Below are positions 43,972 through 59,009 of a DNA stretch of 64,000 bases, piece after piece. Within the stretch, counting starts at the first letter, position 1. Every line of letters begins with the position of its first letter. A program made the position numbers and the translations under genes. The notes under the pieces are model-generated. The model worked only from the letters and a program-made list of their open reading frames with translations, searched no databases and was not told the origin of the DNA. Source of the DNA: Octopus vulgaris (taxonomy: Eukaryota); the NCBI GenBank assembly GCA_951406725.2, contig OX597832.1, positions 32,364,001 through 32,428,000 on the forward strand. Reading direction: 5' to 3'.

Positions 43972-46257
43972 GCATATAACGGTCTCTTCACTATTTTATA
44001 TTTCTTTATATAGCATACATAGTATAAGCAATATATTTGATTATGAATCTCTAGGAAAAAGCAATAAAAAGCAATAACAGGAATTATCTGTAGACCCACA
44101 CGGAACACACGATCAGCATCGCAACTAAGAGCTAAATTGATGTCACGGATAATATGTGATTTTCTTCCCAAACCGAAACATGCTTTTAAAACCTATGACA
44201 GCGATCAAACGCTGAAATGCAATTTCTATATAAAGTTTATAAAGCTTTCTATTAAAGATTTCTGTTTTTAGTAATTTCATTCTATGGAGGTGGGGGAGCG
44301 GGCGTTATTTTGGTAATGCTTTACCTTAATTCATTCTCTATTGAATGGTTTACCAGTCATATAATTCTATGAAACGATTTAATTTTTTTACATTTTTTCT
44401 TCGCTGTTCTGAATGGAAACGGGCTCTGATGAAGTGCTTTGCTATTGTTTTGTAAAGATGTACCAGCAAAGGTACTCATCTCGTTCCTATGCTTTTTGCT
44501 TGATTATTTACTTTTATATATTTTATTTCACTTTATTTATTGCGATGCTTAGTTTTCCCAAAGCTACTGTCAAATATTCTCTATCTTTCACTCTTTATCC
44601 TTTATGTAAGAAATTTTTTTCAAATCAGATGTTTTAGCCAAATTTTTCTGTTTTTTATCATAGTGTTTTTTTTTTGCTGATGTATTCTTTCTTTATTTTT
44701 TCAAAAAATTTGATTATGGTTTATGCTTTTTTTTAAAGAATTACTTTTGCTTTTATTTACTTTTGTTTCTAAAGATTTATCTGTGATTGATATCACCAGA
44801 AGGATTTTTAATTTCGTTTAAGCAGCGATTCCAGTGTGGAAAAGACAAATTCTTTCTCGAAGGTATTATAATATCTGCTACATAGATATACACACATATG
44901 AATATACACACACTGACCCATACACTTATATACTCTTATCCACACAAAAACACACAAACTTATAGGCACGTCATACCATAGACATACTCCTTCATGTGGT
45001 CACATTAACATGTACAATTACAGTTTTACACACGCATACATATATACCCATATACACACGTCCAAACTTATAGAGAAATGCAATATTCTAATAAATACAT
45101 AACGTATTATTTACATAGAAACAAGTGTAAACCCACACTGATAGATACGCCCAAGCATATACATCTCTCTATCTCCAAACACGCGCTCACATCCATCTAC
45201 CTACTTAACCGCAGCCACATGCTTCTCCATACACTCTTAGAACCTCATGCACATTGAAATGGTCGTAGCAAAGAGATAAGCATGCGTACAATAGCACCGC
45301 CTTTCACACATATACACACATGCTACGTACACATTGAAAACGTTACTCACACATGCGGCATAACATGAGATTAGCACAAAGATACTAGAACACAATCCCT
45401 CACACATATGTACAAACACTAAAAATCTTATATTCATGCATATAGTCTTTATCACACACATGCGCAGAGAGAGAATTAAAAAAAACAGTATGTTTATATG
45501 TTCGAGGAATTGAGAAAGATATTTTTTAAAAATATAATATGGAAGAGAAGGAAAATAAAACTGCTTGTAACTACTAATTTAAGATTCCAAAATTGCAGAC
45601 TTTCTTCAATTTCGCTGTGGGCTCCTGGAATTTACATTGTCATAGAAAGCTTAATGTATCTGCGCTTAACAGTCAGTTTTCTACTTTCAATTTACATATT
45701 ATTGCCATAGTGAAAATGCGATATTACATTTTTGCTTTTCATTTAAGATTAATATGAATATTCGCAGTTGGAGAAACTGAGGAATTAGCGATTTGGTAAG
45801 GGAAGCGTTGTCGGTTCATATAATGCTAACATCGCCACAGAAATTTTATTCTATGATAAAGGAGCGCAAAAAGATTCCGGCTTTCACCTCTAAGTATGAA
45901 TGCAATCACACGCATATATGGGCGCACACAAAGTATACAAGTAAGTATATATGGTTGTATATAAGACAAACCAGGAAAGTCTGCGATGAAATTTTAGATC
46001 GGTTCAGCTAAATAATAAAACATTATGAGAACAGTAGAAGTCTACACGTAGAGCGGAATATGGTTTAATGGTTTAATATCTATTTTTAATTAAGCAAATC
46101 TGAAGAATAAATCTCAAAATATGCCATAAGAAAACACGAAATAATATATTTCGGTAACCTACTCCCCTGGCCAGCGGCTGCTGGGATAAAGAAACTTACA
46201 ATTTAGCCAAACGATATATAGTAATTCTTGACTTCACAGTTTGTTGGTGTAATAAAA

Positions 46258-46565
46258 ATCGCTTAGGAATAAAGGAGCACTTCGTCGGTTGCGACGACGA
46301 GGGTCCCAGATGATACGGTCAACGGAACAGCTTGCTCGAGAAATTAACGTGTAAGTGGATTAGCATGGTTCTCGGGGAGATTCGGCGTGACACAGAGTGT
46401 GACAAGGCTGGCCTTTTGAAATACAGGTACAACTCATTTTTGTCAGCAGAGTGAACTGGAGCAACGTGAAATAAAGTGTCTTGCTCAAGGACATAACACG
46501 CCGCCGGGAATTGAAGGCAAGACCTTACGATCATGAGTCAAATGCCCCTAACCACTAAACCACGT
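46258..46565 (-). mobile_element. tRNA-derived SINE related to family C with a different 3' tail
   Basis: Reversed head GTGGTTTAGTGGTTAGGG..TTCAATTCCCGG, and TGTCCTTGAGCAAGACACTTTATTTCACGTTGCTCCAGTTCACTC shared with about 37140-37210. Confidence 0.85.
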
Positions 46566-46588
46566 GGAATATTATGGTATGTATATAT

Positions 46589-46636
<48 letters not shown>

Positions 46637-46959
46637 GTATGTATATATATATACACATATGTATGCATGTATATATGTGTGTGTGGTGTGCGTGTGTGTG
46701 TGCATGTATATTCTACCTTTACAAACAGTGACTACGAAATTTCGGCTTGCTAGACTTCCCCGACAGTTGACCTTGTTTATTTAACCTCATATCATTCCAG
46801 CTTCAGTAGGTCTTATTCCCCGAATTATACAATATACAGTCTATTTTATGAAGACATTATGCCATAATTATACAGAATCCAAATGTTTTCTTTTTTAATA
46901 CTTCAAGGGACCAGGGGTGTCTACCTTCTGTGGCATTCTAAGTTACACTTGTACACAGC

Positions 46960-48060
46960 CCTTGTATTATTAACTAAATAATAAGTACTCAGTTGCAGAT
47001 TCTATGAGTAAACGGACCAGTCTTTCATAAAAAGCCCACTCGTAAATATCAACGTTGATTAAGGGGTGTTACGTCGATCATAGAGAGAAGAGAGATGTTC
47101 GATATTCTCTCTGATATAAAAGAGAGAATTTCTTTCTTCTATGCTCGAAAATCTCTACGTCTTAGAAATTGGAAAATGCAGGGGTTAAATAAACATGTAA
47201 TAGAATATTGGAAGGTTAAATCAAAATCAGGAATATATATTTTGCGTCACGGAGCTCGTATGATAAATATTTTGGTGTTAGAGAAGTTTCTTGCTGACCA
47301 TGAAGAAGACCAGGTCACGTGCGTTGAGGAAATATAACACAATGCCATGAACAAACACGACTGCAAAATTTGGATTCCGCAAACGGTGAATGTATTCCAT
47401 ATATAATGGATTAATGGATATAAAATATACGGTATTGGGGAAATAGAGTTCTCTTAAACCTACTCTGAAAGCAGTCCCAAATATATAATCTACAAAATGA
47501 TAGAGGAACGAATGGCGCACATATAAACATGGAAATAAAAATAGAAAGACAAACAGAAATAACTTCGGTCTCGGGGAATAAATCAATAGCAAAAGATAAT
47601 GGTGTAGGGGTGGAGAGTAGAAAAAAGCTCCACACTGCGTTTGTCATAGCGAGGAAACAATAGAGACTCTTTGCGATTGGTCGATTTTCTTTCTGTTAAT
47701 AACAACCACGTTTTCTCCAATCGTACACTGCTTTGTTAAAACAGCAGGGACACTTTGCAAAATATAGTGATAGACATAAAGCAATGCAGGAATGGTCATT
47801 ATGGAATGTTTTAGAGCGTAAGTCTGGCCCTTCTTGGCTGACGCTAATTTTACAAATGTACAAATATGGAGACACACGAACTCTGTAACACACAAAACGT
47901 ATTAACAACCGCAAAATATGTGTATTAAGTAAAGTAGAAATCTATATGAAACAGATTATATACGAACCAACATGATGTAAAAACAATTTTAAAACAAGCG
48001 ACAGAAGATTATGAAAAAGATAACCTCTAGAGTCTAGAATCTAGACTTTAACTTGACATG
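46960..48060 (+). mobile_element. Highly decayed R4-like retrotransposon remnant
   Basis: Weak motifs in the expected order: MFDI..I, KVKSKSGIY and CVCHSEETIE (knuckle-like). The 3' part is paralogous to 49875-50070. Confidence 0.45.
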
Positions 48061-48501
48061 TAGTGGAAATTCACTGGCTTGAAATGAGAGTTCAAGATAT
48101 AGCAACCTTGGTGGTTCACTATACACTTGAACTATTGATCGATTTCATTAGACTAAGGTAGTGTACATGTCATTGAAATATAACTTTCTGAACGATCTTG
48201 AATTACAGTTCGAACCGAATGACTTTTTTTTATGAAGGAAATAAACAGGGTTTCCAGGAGTGAGAAGAAGAAAAAGAGTATTTTGATATATTATTCTATT
48301 AGCCCAGTTGCAGATAAACTTTTAGTAGTATTTATAAATGTCTCATATTGGTAATAAATAACCAAGATGTACGAAAATGTTTCCACGGCCACAATAATGT
48401 AATCTGAAAAGAAAGGAATGTGATTAACACCAAAAATAAATAAATAAATATAGGAAAAGCTACAAAAGTATACAATTAAAAAAGATCATTCAATATATAT
48501 C

Positions 48502-48897
48502 TTTTTCTACTCTAGGCACAAGGACCGAAATTTTGGGGGAAGGGGACAGTCGATAAGATTGCCTCCTGTACGTAACTAGTAACTAATTTATCGACACCGA
48601 AAGGAAGAAAGCAAAGTCGACCTCGGCGGAATTTGAAATTTGAACGTAAATACTCACAATATACCTATTTCTTTGTTGCCCACAAGGAGCTAAACACAGA
48701 AGGGACAAACAAGGACAGACAAACGGATTAAGTCGATTACATCGACCCCAGTGCGTAACTGGTACTTAATTTATCGACCCCGAAAGGATGAAAGACAAAG
48801 TCGACCTCGGCGGAATTTGAACTCAGAACGCAGCGGCAAGCGATATACCGATAAGCATTTCTCCCGGCGTGCTAACGGTTCTGGCAGCTCGCTGCCT
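48502..48897 (-). mobile_element. SINE family B, dimeric form
   Basis: Same two-core layout as 26187-26582. Confidence 0.9.
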
Positions 48898-49339
48898 TAC
48901 CTTGAGTATTTATCAAACAAAATGGATGTTAGGTTAAGTCCGTTTGGCAGAGATCAGAAGTAAGAGGCCTTTATTTTATAACTGCTATCATTGGAGAGAG
49001 GGCATGCGCAGACGAATAGTTTGAAGTGGGCAGTGTCGCCCATTTCATGTTTGCCATTGATGGAAGAGTTTACTATTAATAAGGCTGTCATCGTCTTCTC
49101 ATTAAATTGTTAATATTCGCTTGTGAAGCCTTAATAGTGCAATTAATACAATGATTATGACATCAGTTCAGATTATCATGCGTAATATAATAAAATATTG
49201 AAATAATGAGGTATATGAAGGTGTGCATGTGTGTGTATGTGTGCATGTGTGTGTGTGCGCATGTGTGTGCGTGCGTGCGGGTGTCTGTTTGTGTATTGCA
49301 GGAATGAAAAGGGAAACGAGAAGGAAATTGTAGAATAAA

Positions 49340-50070
49340 AGTTGCGAGTCAAAAAAGCCTTTAAGAACAAAACTAAATTCCGGCAAGATCGCTCTCGAGA
49401 GGAGCGACAGGTGGAGATATTCAACATGGAAAGATTCTGGAGATTTTCTTCAATAGTTTAACAATGAAGTGCAGGAATTGTTTTGAGAGACTGCAATAGA
49501 ATGTACATCCAGAAATATAAGAGAAAGCACCGATACAAAATGTCGCCCAAATATTACACTTAGAAATTATTTTTTACGCTTTCTAAGTGTGTAATTGCAA
49601 ACGAGAGAACGCTGTACGGAAGCCAGGAAGTAAATTAGCAATTAAATACATGATGAATATTATTATGAATAAAATATAAAATACGCATCTGTAATTGATT
49701 ATTGAAGAATGAATGGCAAGGTAGTTGAGAGCGGGAAAAGAAGCGATGACAAAGGAAATATTGCATTAATAGAATTGCGGCCATAGAAGAAATAACACTG
49801 CTGTGACAACGATAAATCCCAGCTGTGTATGAAGGTATTGCCATGTGTTGGTGCTGCAAATTAAAGATTCGTTCATTTTACAAATGTACAGATATGAAGA
49901 CACACTTAGTTTTTAACACACAGAGTATTAACAATCGCAAAATATGTATGTTGAGTAAGGTACAAATCAGTATGAAACATAAATTATATTAGACGCAATA
50001 TGATGTAAAAACAATTTTAAAACAAGTGATAGAAGGTCATCAAATAGGTGTAAACTCCAAAGTCTAAAGG
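49340..50070 (+). mobile_element. Second highly decayed R4-like remnant
   Basis: KKPLRTKLNSGK resembles the LKSKLNSGN motif; the 3' block is shared with 47848-48040. Confidence 0.45.
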
Positions 50071-51221
50071 ATTTTCGAACTGAGGTAGTTAAAAAAAAAT
50101 AGACATCAGTCAAAGCTAGAGTTTAAAAATAGATACTTGAAGATTGTATTGCATTTTCGTTCGACAACTGACCCCTTAACCGAGACGTATGTGAAGTATG
50201 TCAAGATTCCAAGACATTAAAATGCGGGAAATGCGATAATTCATTGCATTTCATAGAATATTCTACAGAAGGATCGATAACCAAAAGAAAAATGAAGACT
50301 GAAAATATTGGATATACGTCGACATAGAAAACTGCGAGGGTTCCTTTAAATTTGGTTAACAAAATTCAAAACACAGCATTTCGTAATTCAACCACTGGGT
50401 GGTCGAGACTGGAACGTATTTCATAACAGTTTTCACTCTTTAGACTGACATAGGTTTAAATAAACAAAACAACATAACTATTATTGAGTTTTATGACGGA
50501 TATATGACTAGGTTGGGTTTGATCACTCTGCAGCCGTTTCTGCCCTGTAAGCAGTCCTCAAATTAGGTGCTAGTTGAAACAAATGCAATGCAAGAGCTTT
50601 CGAAGACATTTGGTGCATGATATCACTGGAATACGAAACATCTGAAAAGCAGGACAATAAAGAATATGAAATCCTGACTGTTCACAAGAAAGCAGATTTA
50701 CTGAGCAAACAGTGGATCATTCTATTTTGATAACTAATGCTACAAGTATGAAATAACTAAAATATTTGTTAGTGACACGTCCCTATTGTCCAGATTTACA
50801 TGTAGCCTTATAATATGAAACTGAACCGCTAAAGGATTACCGAGCCGAAAAGCTGAGTCGCTGTTTCTCTAGATCAAATATCCACCGAGGAATAGCCCAC
50901 GTTTGGGATCACTTCTTGGATGGCCATGCTTTCCTTCTCGATCTCATTCCTCCCTCGTAGCAATAGTTATGCATTATTTCCTTCAGTTGCTAACAGCCAT
51001 TGCCAATCACTTTAAATAGTGGGCAGTTGCTATCCTTCATCACACTTCAAGCTGCCGATCCGTCAACCACGTTTGAATGATATACCAATATATCCATTAC
51101 TACAGAATCACATCGCTGCACAAGATACAAACTATTCTCTCACCATATAACGTATTCCAAGACATCATCCAGTTTCTAGAACTCCTCCACGAATGTTCAG
51201 GTACCATTCGACATTTTATAA

Positions 51222-51618
51222 TCTTTTCTACTCTAGGCACAAGGACCGAAATTTTGAGGGGAGTGGACTACTTGATTAGATCGATCACAGTACGCAACTG
51301 GTACTTAATTTATCGACCACGAAAGGATGTAAGCCAAAGGCGAATTCTGCGGAATTTTGAACTCAGAATGTAAAGATTTACGAAATAGTTATTTCTTTAC
51401 TGCCCACAAGGGGCTAAACACAGAGGGGACGAACAAGGACAGACAAACGGATTAAGTCGATTATATCGACCCCACTACGTAACAGGTACTTATTTTATCG
51501 ACCCCGAAAGGATGAAAAGCAAAGTCGACCCCGGTGGAATTTGAACTCAGAACGTAGCGGCAGACGAAATACCACTAAGCATTTCGCCTGGTGTTCTAAC
51601 CTTTTCTGCCAGCTCAGC
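51222..51618 (-). mobile_element. SINE family B, dimeric form
   Basis: Same two-core layout as the copies at 26187 and 48502. Confidence 0.9.
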
Positions 51619-52019
51619 GCATTTATAAATATACCCTGTCAATTACAATGAGTAAATGCTAGTATTAAACTTTTTAAGTGATGGATACCCTTCATTTAAC
51701 TTCACTGAGCGCAGGGCCACCATGGCAGGTCGCATGCTTACATCCCTGGATGTCATACCATACTTCTGGAGCTACACCACGCAACCAATGGAATAATCTC
51801 AGTTGATAATAAATGGACAGTAACTAGTGAATTATGTCTACTGTTTTCTGACACGTCCAACAACTGAAGTAAATTTGTATGATTGTCGAGATGCATTTCT
51901 ATTGTTTTCTGTTCTTTTCGGTTGTGTTCTTCTGATTTCTTTTTTTTTTTTTCATTTATGTTTTCCGCTTACATCTCGCTTCCCACCTCACTCTCTCTTC
52001 CTCTCGTCATATAGGCGTG

Positions 52020-52060
52020 TGTACGTATGTATGTATGTATGCCTATGCACATATATGTGT

Positions 52061-52091
<31 letters not shown>

Positions 52092-52196
52092 CACGCACAT
52101 GTTAAACGCATTCTTCTTGAATTGTTTATTTGATTGTCTAATTGTGTTTGCATGCATGCCTGTATGCGAATCGAATACAAGTATGTGTGTGTGCGA

Positions 52197-52250
<54 letters not shown>

Positions 52251-52315
52251 ATATATACCTATATATATATATACATATATATATACATATGTATATATTT
52301 ATATATATACCCACA

Positions 52316-52386
<71 letters not shown>

Positions 52387-53282
52387 ACACACACATACAC
52401 GCATATATATACATATTTATGTATGTACATATACACGCAGACACACACGTACACACATATATTATGCCTAATCTTCTTTGTTTGTTAGTGATATGTTTGT
52501 TGTCTTTTTTTTTTTTTTGTTCCTTCACACGCTGATCCCTGCATAATTATCCTAACAGAATCGACCAAGTAAATGATCGCGAAAGCGCAATTTCCCTGAT
52601 AACATGCCTCCCTTTTAAATCTAACTTTCAGAAACAAGATCGTATCTAAACGAAAGCAAAGAAATATACAGAAAAGAAAACATACCAAAACACACTGAAA
52701 AAAAAAACAATGACTGCCAAAATACACATCCACACAGACACACGTAGACACATAGTGTCATTCTCACACGGGCGTATATAGAGACATTAACGACAACGAG
52801 AAGATCAACAACAGCAACAGCGAAAAATATAACAACAACAGCAGAAATAAGAAAAGGAGTAAAGTGCAAAGGCTGCAGCACACATAGTTTTAGCCAATTC
52901 AATTTAATGCCGATATGACGTGACAAAATTGGCAATAACTTGCCATGAAATAACGCACGCTCGGCTTTAATATTTTCTTTTACCAATAACACATTTCCAT
53001 CATCGAAACGTAGCAAAATAAAACAAGATAAGAGAGAGGAATGCGAGAAAGGTCGATGGATAGATACGTAATTAGATAGGTGGATAGAATATAGAGGGAG
53101 ATATATTGAGAGCTGAAGGGACCACCAAATAGATAGATAAATGGATAGATAGAGAGAGAGAGAGATAGGGACAGAGGTAGGGTGAGAGAGGAAGAGATAG
53201 ATAAGTAGTTAGATTGAGATAGATAAATTGAGTGAGAGCTAGAGTTAGACATAAAATAGACAGGGAAATAAACAGAGAAACA

Positions 53283-53323
<41 letters not shown>

Positions 53324-53579
53324 ATATATATATATAGATAGATAGATAGACAAATAGAGTGAGGGAGAGGGAGAGAGCTTATATATAAACAGCCATGATA
53401 ATGGATAGCTTGACCAACAGACAGGTAGATAGATAGGGACAGATAAACACAGTGATAGATAAATAGATAGATATATATAGAGATAAAGAAATGGATAGAT
53501 AGATAGATGAATAGATAGATAGATAGATAGATTGATTGATAGATAAATATATAGATTGATAGATAGATAGATAGATAGG

Positions 53580-53673
<94 letters not shown>

Positions 53674-53678
53674 TAGAT

Positions 53679-53737
<59 letters not shown>

Positions 53738-53966
53738 TAGATCGATAGACGTAGAAAGAAAACTGAAGAAAACGGTAGTTAAAGAGACATGGATACAACT
53801 CTTCCAAATTTATGGCATAACAATCTGTTCCCAGGATCTGATGTATTCGGACGTAAACATAGACACAATCATGCGAATGCACAAAGGCGTACCCACGTTT
53901 CTCTCTTTCCATATATATATATATATATGCACACACACATATACACACGAACGAGGGAAAATAAGA

Positions 53967-54009
<43 letters not shown>

Positions 54010-54075
54010 GGAGAATAAAAGGCAGGTGAAGAATAAGTGATAAGGGAAGAGTGAGAGAGAGAGAGAGAGAGACTA
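52020..54075. repeat. Cluster of TA, GATA and GA microsatellites
   Basis: Seen directly; explains the 273-aa IYLS-repeat ORF. Confidence 0.9.
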
Positions 54076-54299
54076 AGAGTAAGCGAGAGTGTGAGATACG
54101 AATACACTCGACACTCACACATGAGGCCGAAGTAGCAGTGGCAAATGTAAGTGTATATATATGCGTCACGTGGCCTATGCCTGGATGTGTAAGACCTCAT
54201 AAATCTCTCTTTTATTATATATTCCAGCTAATCTATTGTTACGTCAGTGCTACAGAACGACAGAAATGAAACCTTCCTTCGTTATATGGCCTGGATAAA

Positions 54300-54680
54300 A
54301 TTACAGATTACGGATGACTCCTCTCACCTCACCAACCTCGGTTTAATTACCTTGATATTTTAATGTGTCCCCGCAATGCCCTCTTTTCTGCTTTCTACCA
54401 CTCCCTCTGTCACATCTGGTTTCTCACTATTTATTTGATGCAACTCGAACATATAGATTGTTATGTTTTCATGGCGAAACCCGCTGCGCACACTCAGAAG
54501 GTATGGCTTAATATATGGCCTCTTGCGAATGTTATTAGTCGTGCGGTGCATTGCAGGATTCATGCCGTTAAGGATTTAATGCCCTGCAGAATTTAATTAC
54601 GACCCTTTTATATTCGAAATGGAAATGCATGTAGGATCAGTTTGCCTGGACCTTTTTTTTCTCGTGTTCTCCGATCTGGA
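54300..54680 (-). mobile_element. Possible decayed RTE-like RT fragment
   Basis: RPYIKPYLLSVRSGFRHE resembles the RP.I.P.L...Q.GFR motif of RT domain 2; otherwise weak. Confidence 0.35.
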
Positions 54681-54771
54681 AGGTTCCTCTCAAAAGCCTG
54701 AATCCTGATTGTCAAATCTATCTCTTATCATAAATATGAAAAACGTATTCTTTCTTCTTCTTCTTCTTGTG

Positions 54772-54829
<58 letters not shown>

Positions 54830-54880
54830 ATAATAATAATAATAATAATAATAATGATGATGATAATAATAATAATAATG

Positions 54881-54986
<106 letters not shown>

Positions 54987-55011
54987 TAATAATAATAATA
55001 ACAATAATAAT

Positions 55012-55288
<277 letters not shown>

Positions 55289-56007
55289 CAAATGACAAAT
55301 ATATATATACCCCAGCACGGCATTAAAGAAATATTTACCCCCACGATAAAATAGGGGTGGATATCAGTTTTTTGTTTGTGGTTTTCTCTCGTTTAACTAC
55401 ATTTATTTCTTTATAATTACAGAAGCGGTGATCTATCAAATATGCTAAGCTAAATGATTAGACCCGGTGCCTAGTACTAACACGGAAGTGTTAACGACAA
55501 TTTGCCAAAGCTCATGTCGGATGAGAGGAGATATTGACCATGACAAATTATAAAATATGAAAATAATATCAGTGATGATGATAATAATAATGATAATGAA
55601 AGGAAGCGGTTGGAATCTGCCCATGTCCTGAGCGATGATACATCTAGTGATGGTGTCACAATAAAAACACTGGTAATTGCGCCACCTGATAATCGCTACC
55701 TCGTATGAGTGACAAGGAAAAAACAAAATATTCTGAATAATGGTGGTAATAAAACTGACATTCGTTATAGCGACAGTGTTGCACACGACAGGCTCAGATA
55801 TACTGGTCCGACTCAAGCCGACTTTTTCAGGTTAAAGAGATCTCTACCTTCTTCGGGAACTCTATAATGCGTGTATTACTAGTGTCAAATATATACTAAT
55901 ACTAACATTGAGAAGCAAATTCCATTAAATTCACAGATATATCGATAAACCGGCGGAAGTTTGGATGTAGGACATCCCCAGTAGGAGCATCACTTTCTTT
56001 ACAAAAC

Positions 56008-56044
<37 letters not shown>

Positions 56045-56186
56045 GTACACAAACGGGTGTGTATATAAGAGAACATATATATACGTATTTGTGACCCAGT
56101 ACCTGAGTTACAATAAAGAGAGGAGAGAAAGAAAAGTAAGAGCAAGGAATGGAGGTGTAGGAGTAGAGACAGGAGGAGCGAATGTA

Positions 56187-56276
<90 letters not shown>

Positions 56277-57556
56277 GAAGAAGAAGAAGAAGAAGAAGAA
56301 GGAGGAACGAAATGAAAGAAAGAAGGAGGGATGGAAGGAAGGTAGGAATGGAGAATGAAAAGATAGAAAGAATTGGTGAAAAAATGGTGAAATATATAAT
56401 TAAAGATTGAACAGGGACGCTGAAATGGAATCTTAATATGTTGGAGAACCTCATTTGTCATGAACTTTAAATGAGGAACTGGAGAATTCGAGAATTGCGC
56501 TGACTCTTGAGTACTAAACTAGTTGGTTCTAGATTAGTTCTGCTGACTCAAAATACGACACGAATTCACGGTGACGCTAAATTATTCCCTCTACGTAGAG
56601 TGGTACAGGATATGATTTTGTGAGTGATATGCTTATGGAATTAGGGATTTTACCTATATTATTGGAACCAACTAAGAAACGTTAACATAATGAAAACTTT
56701 CGATCGGTATCAGCAAATCATCTATTCTGGGAATTTAACACGTGATCGATTTTGGTCCTTACGACTGCTCTCTGGTACAAAATGGTGCCTTTTGTAATAC
56801 ACATTCCTAATTTTCTATTTGGAGTAACAGAGAAAAATGAGAAAAATAATGAAATAAAGTATAATAAATTAAGAACGATGAGGCTTTTAATTTCAGGTCT
56901 GGAACACCATGGAGATTACAAAATAGATATTTTTGTCGAAACAAAGCACTTTCAAAGCGGTAATTTAATTCTTAAGAATTTTGTATAATCTCCATAGAAT
57001 TTCATTAAATATATTAAGAATATTACAAATGAAGAATGTTTCTAGTTTCCATACGGAACAGATTCTATTCCTATAGAACTGTACTGCTTAAATTAAAATA
57101 ATAACCTGCAGAAAAAAAAAGAGATTAAAATGTGAAACTCAGCAACAGGTTAATATTACGAAGACTACGCATTAATTAATATTTAGAAGAACTTGCCTAA
57201 GAAATGTACACCAATGAAAAGGAATTTCAACTAGCTTCATTACGTTTTGTTGTCTTAACAATATAAATTGCACACCGAATAGAAATAACTATAATGGTAC
57301 CACAGTAATATTCCAAAACCATATATACACACGGACGCATGGATGTATAAGTCAATATACACAATTCTGTGTATATATATATATGTGTATATATACACTG
57401 CTGCCATTTCTACGATAATGGCGATGGTGATGATGTCCATGAGATACTCCGTCTCCTCCTCTTGCTCCTTTCCCTCCTGTTCCACCTCTTGCTCTTCGTC
57501 CTCGCCGTCGTCCCCCTCCTCCTACTGCGGCTGCTGTTCCTGCTGTTACTGATATA

Positions 57557-57559
57557 ACG

Positions 57560-57629
<70 letters not shown>

Positions 57630-57638
57630 TTACTACAA

Positions 57639-57706
<68 letters not shown>

Positions 57707-58250
57707 AATAACAACAATAATAATAAGCGTTATCCAAAGTTGGTAGAAACCTATAATTTGGGTGATTCAACACCAATAATGATTCTAATTTAACTCATGT
57801 GGAAAATGAACTCCTCCTCCTCCTCCTCCCCCCTCCTCCTCCACCTCCCACTGATCCTCCTCCTCTCCTTCTTCTTCCTTCTTCTTATCATTATCATCAT
57901 CACATCATTAATCTAGCTGTCCTTGTGGCAATAATAGAAATTAGTGAACTACATTTGTCCCACAAAGTAATAATAATAATAATAATAATGATGATAATAA
58001 TAATAATAATAATGATGATAATAATAATAATGATAAGAAGAAGAAGAAGAAGAACAAGAACAAGAACAACAAGAACAAGAACAAGAAGAAGAACAAGAAG
58101 AAGAAGAAGAAGAAGAAGAAGAAGAAGAAGAAGAAGAAGAAGAAGAAGAAGAAGAAGAAGAAGAAGAAGAAGAAGAAGATCAAGAACAAAAACAAGAAGA
58201 AGACAGAGGAGGAGGTGCATGAGAGGAAGAGGAGGACGACGACGTTAATG
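57557..58250. repeat. Compound trinucleotide arrays (CTA/TAA/GAA/CCT)
   Basis: Seen directly. Confidence 0.95.
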
Positions 58251-58861
58251 AGAAATGCAACCAAGTGATGATAGCAACATGGTCGTAGAAAGCCAAACTA
58301 TGGAAAAACTCTTCGAAACCCAACCTTTTCTCTCGCCACACACAGAAAAAAATAAGTCGAAAAAGAAACGAAGGAAATCGAAATCTTTTAATCTGTATGA
58401 TAGCTCAACTTGATATCTATCCTTCAGAAATTCTATAAGAAAACTCCAAGATCACGAAATGCCAAAATAATCGTATCTACTTTCTGTGCATCAATTTAAA
58501 ACGTACATTCATCTCTAAGCTTTATCTCAACGTATTTGCCCCAAGCTGTAGAGGCAGATTATTCAAATATCCTTCATTCAAATACACATTATTCAATATG
58601 CTATGGTTATTGGTTAAGGTGAAGAGTTTTGAAAGTCTTGTTGTTGGTGTTGTAGCTGTTGTTATTGTTATTATTCAGTGTGTTGGAGTTGTTTTCGTTG
58701 CTGTTGTTTATGGTGGTGTTTTTGTTGTTCTTGTCTCTGCTGATAAGATTCTGAAAGAAAAATTAGAATTAACATAGCCACAAGTAATATCAGAATTGTG
58801 ATGTTAAACCGCAAGTAATTATCAATAGCAGAAAATATATGTGCGTGCATTTATGAATACA

Positions 58862-58941
<80 letters not shown>

Positions 58942-58969
58942 TATATATATATGTATATATATATATGTA

Positions 58970-59009
<40 letters not shown>

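Noticed and set aside
57020-57130. Strong minus-strand splice acceptor (CTCTTTTTTTTTCTGCAG)
   Set aside because: All three downstream frames stop within about 11 codons.
58600-58775. Minus-strand acceptor followed by an Asn/Gln-rich frame
   Set aside because: Degenerate CAA repeat; every frame stops and there is no convincing donor.
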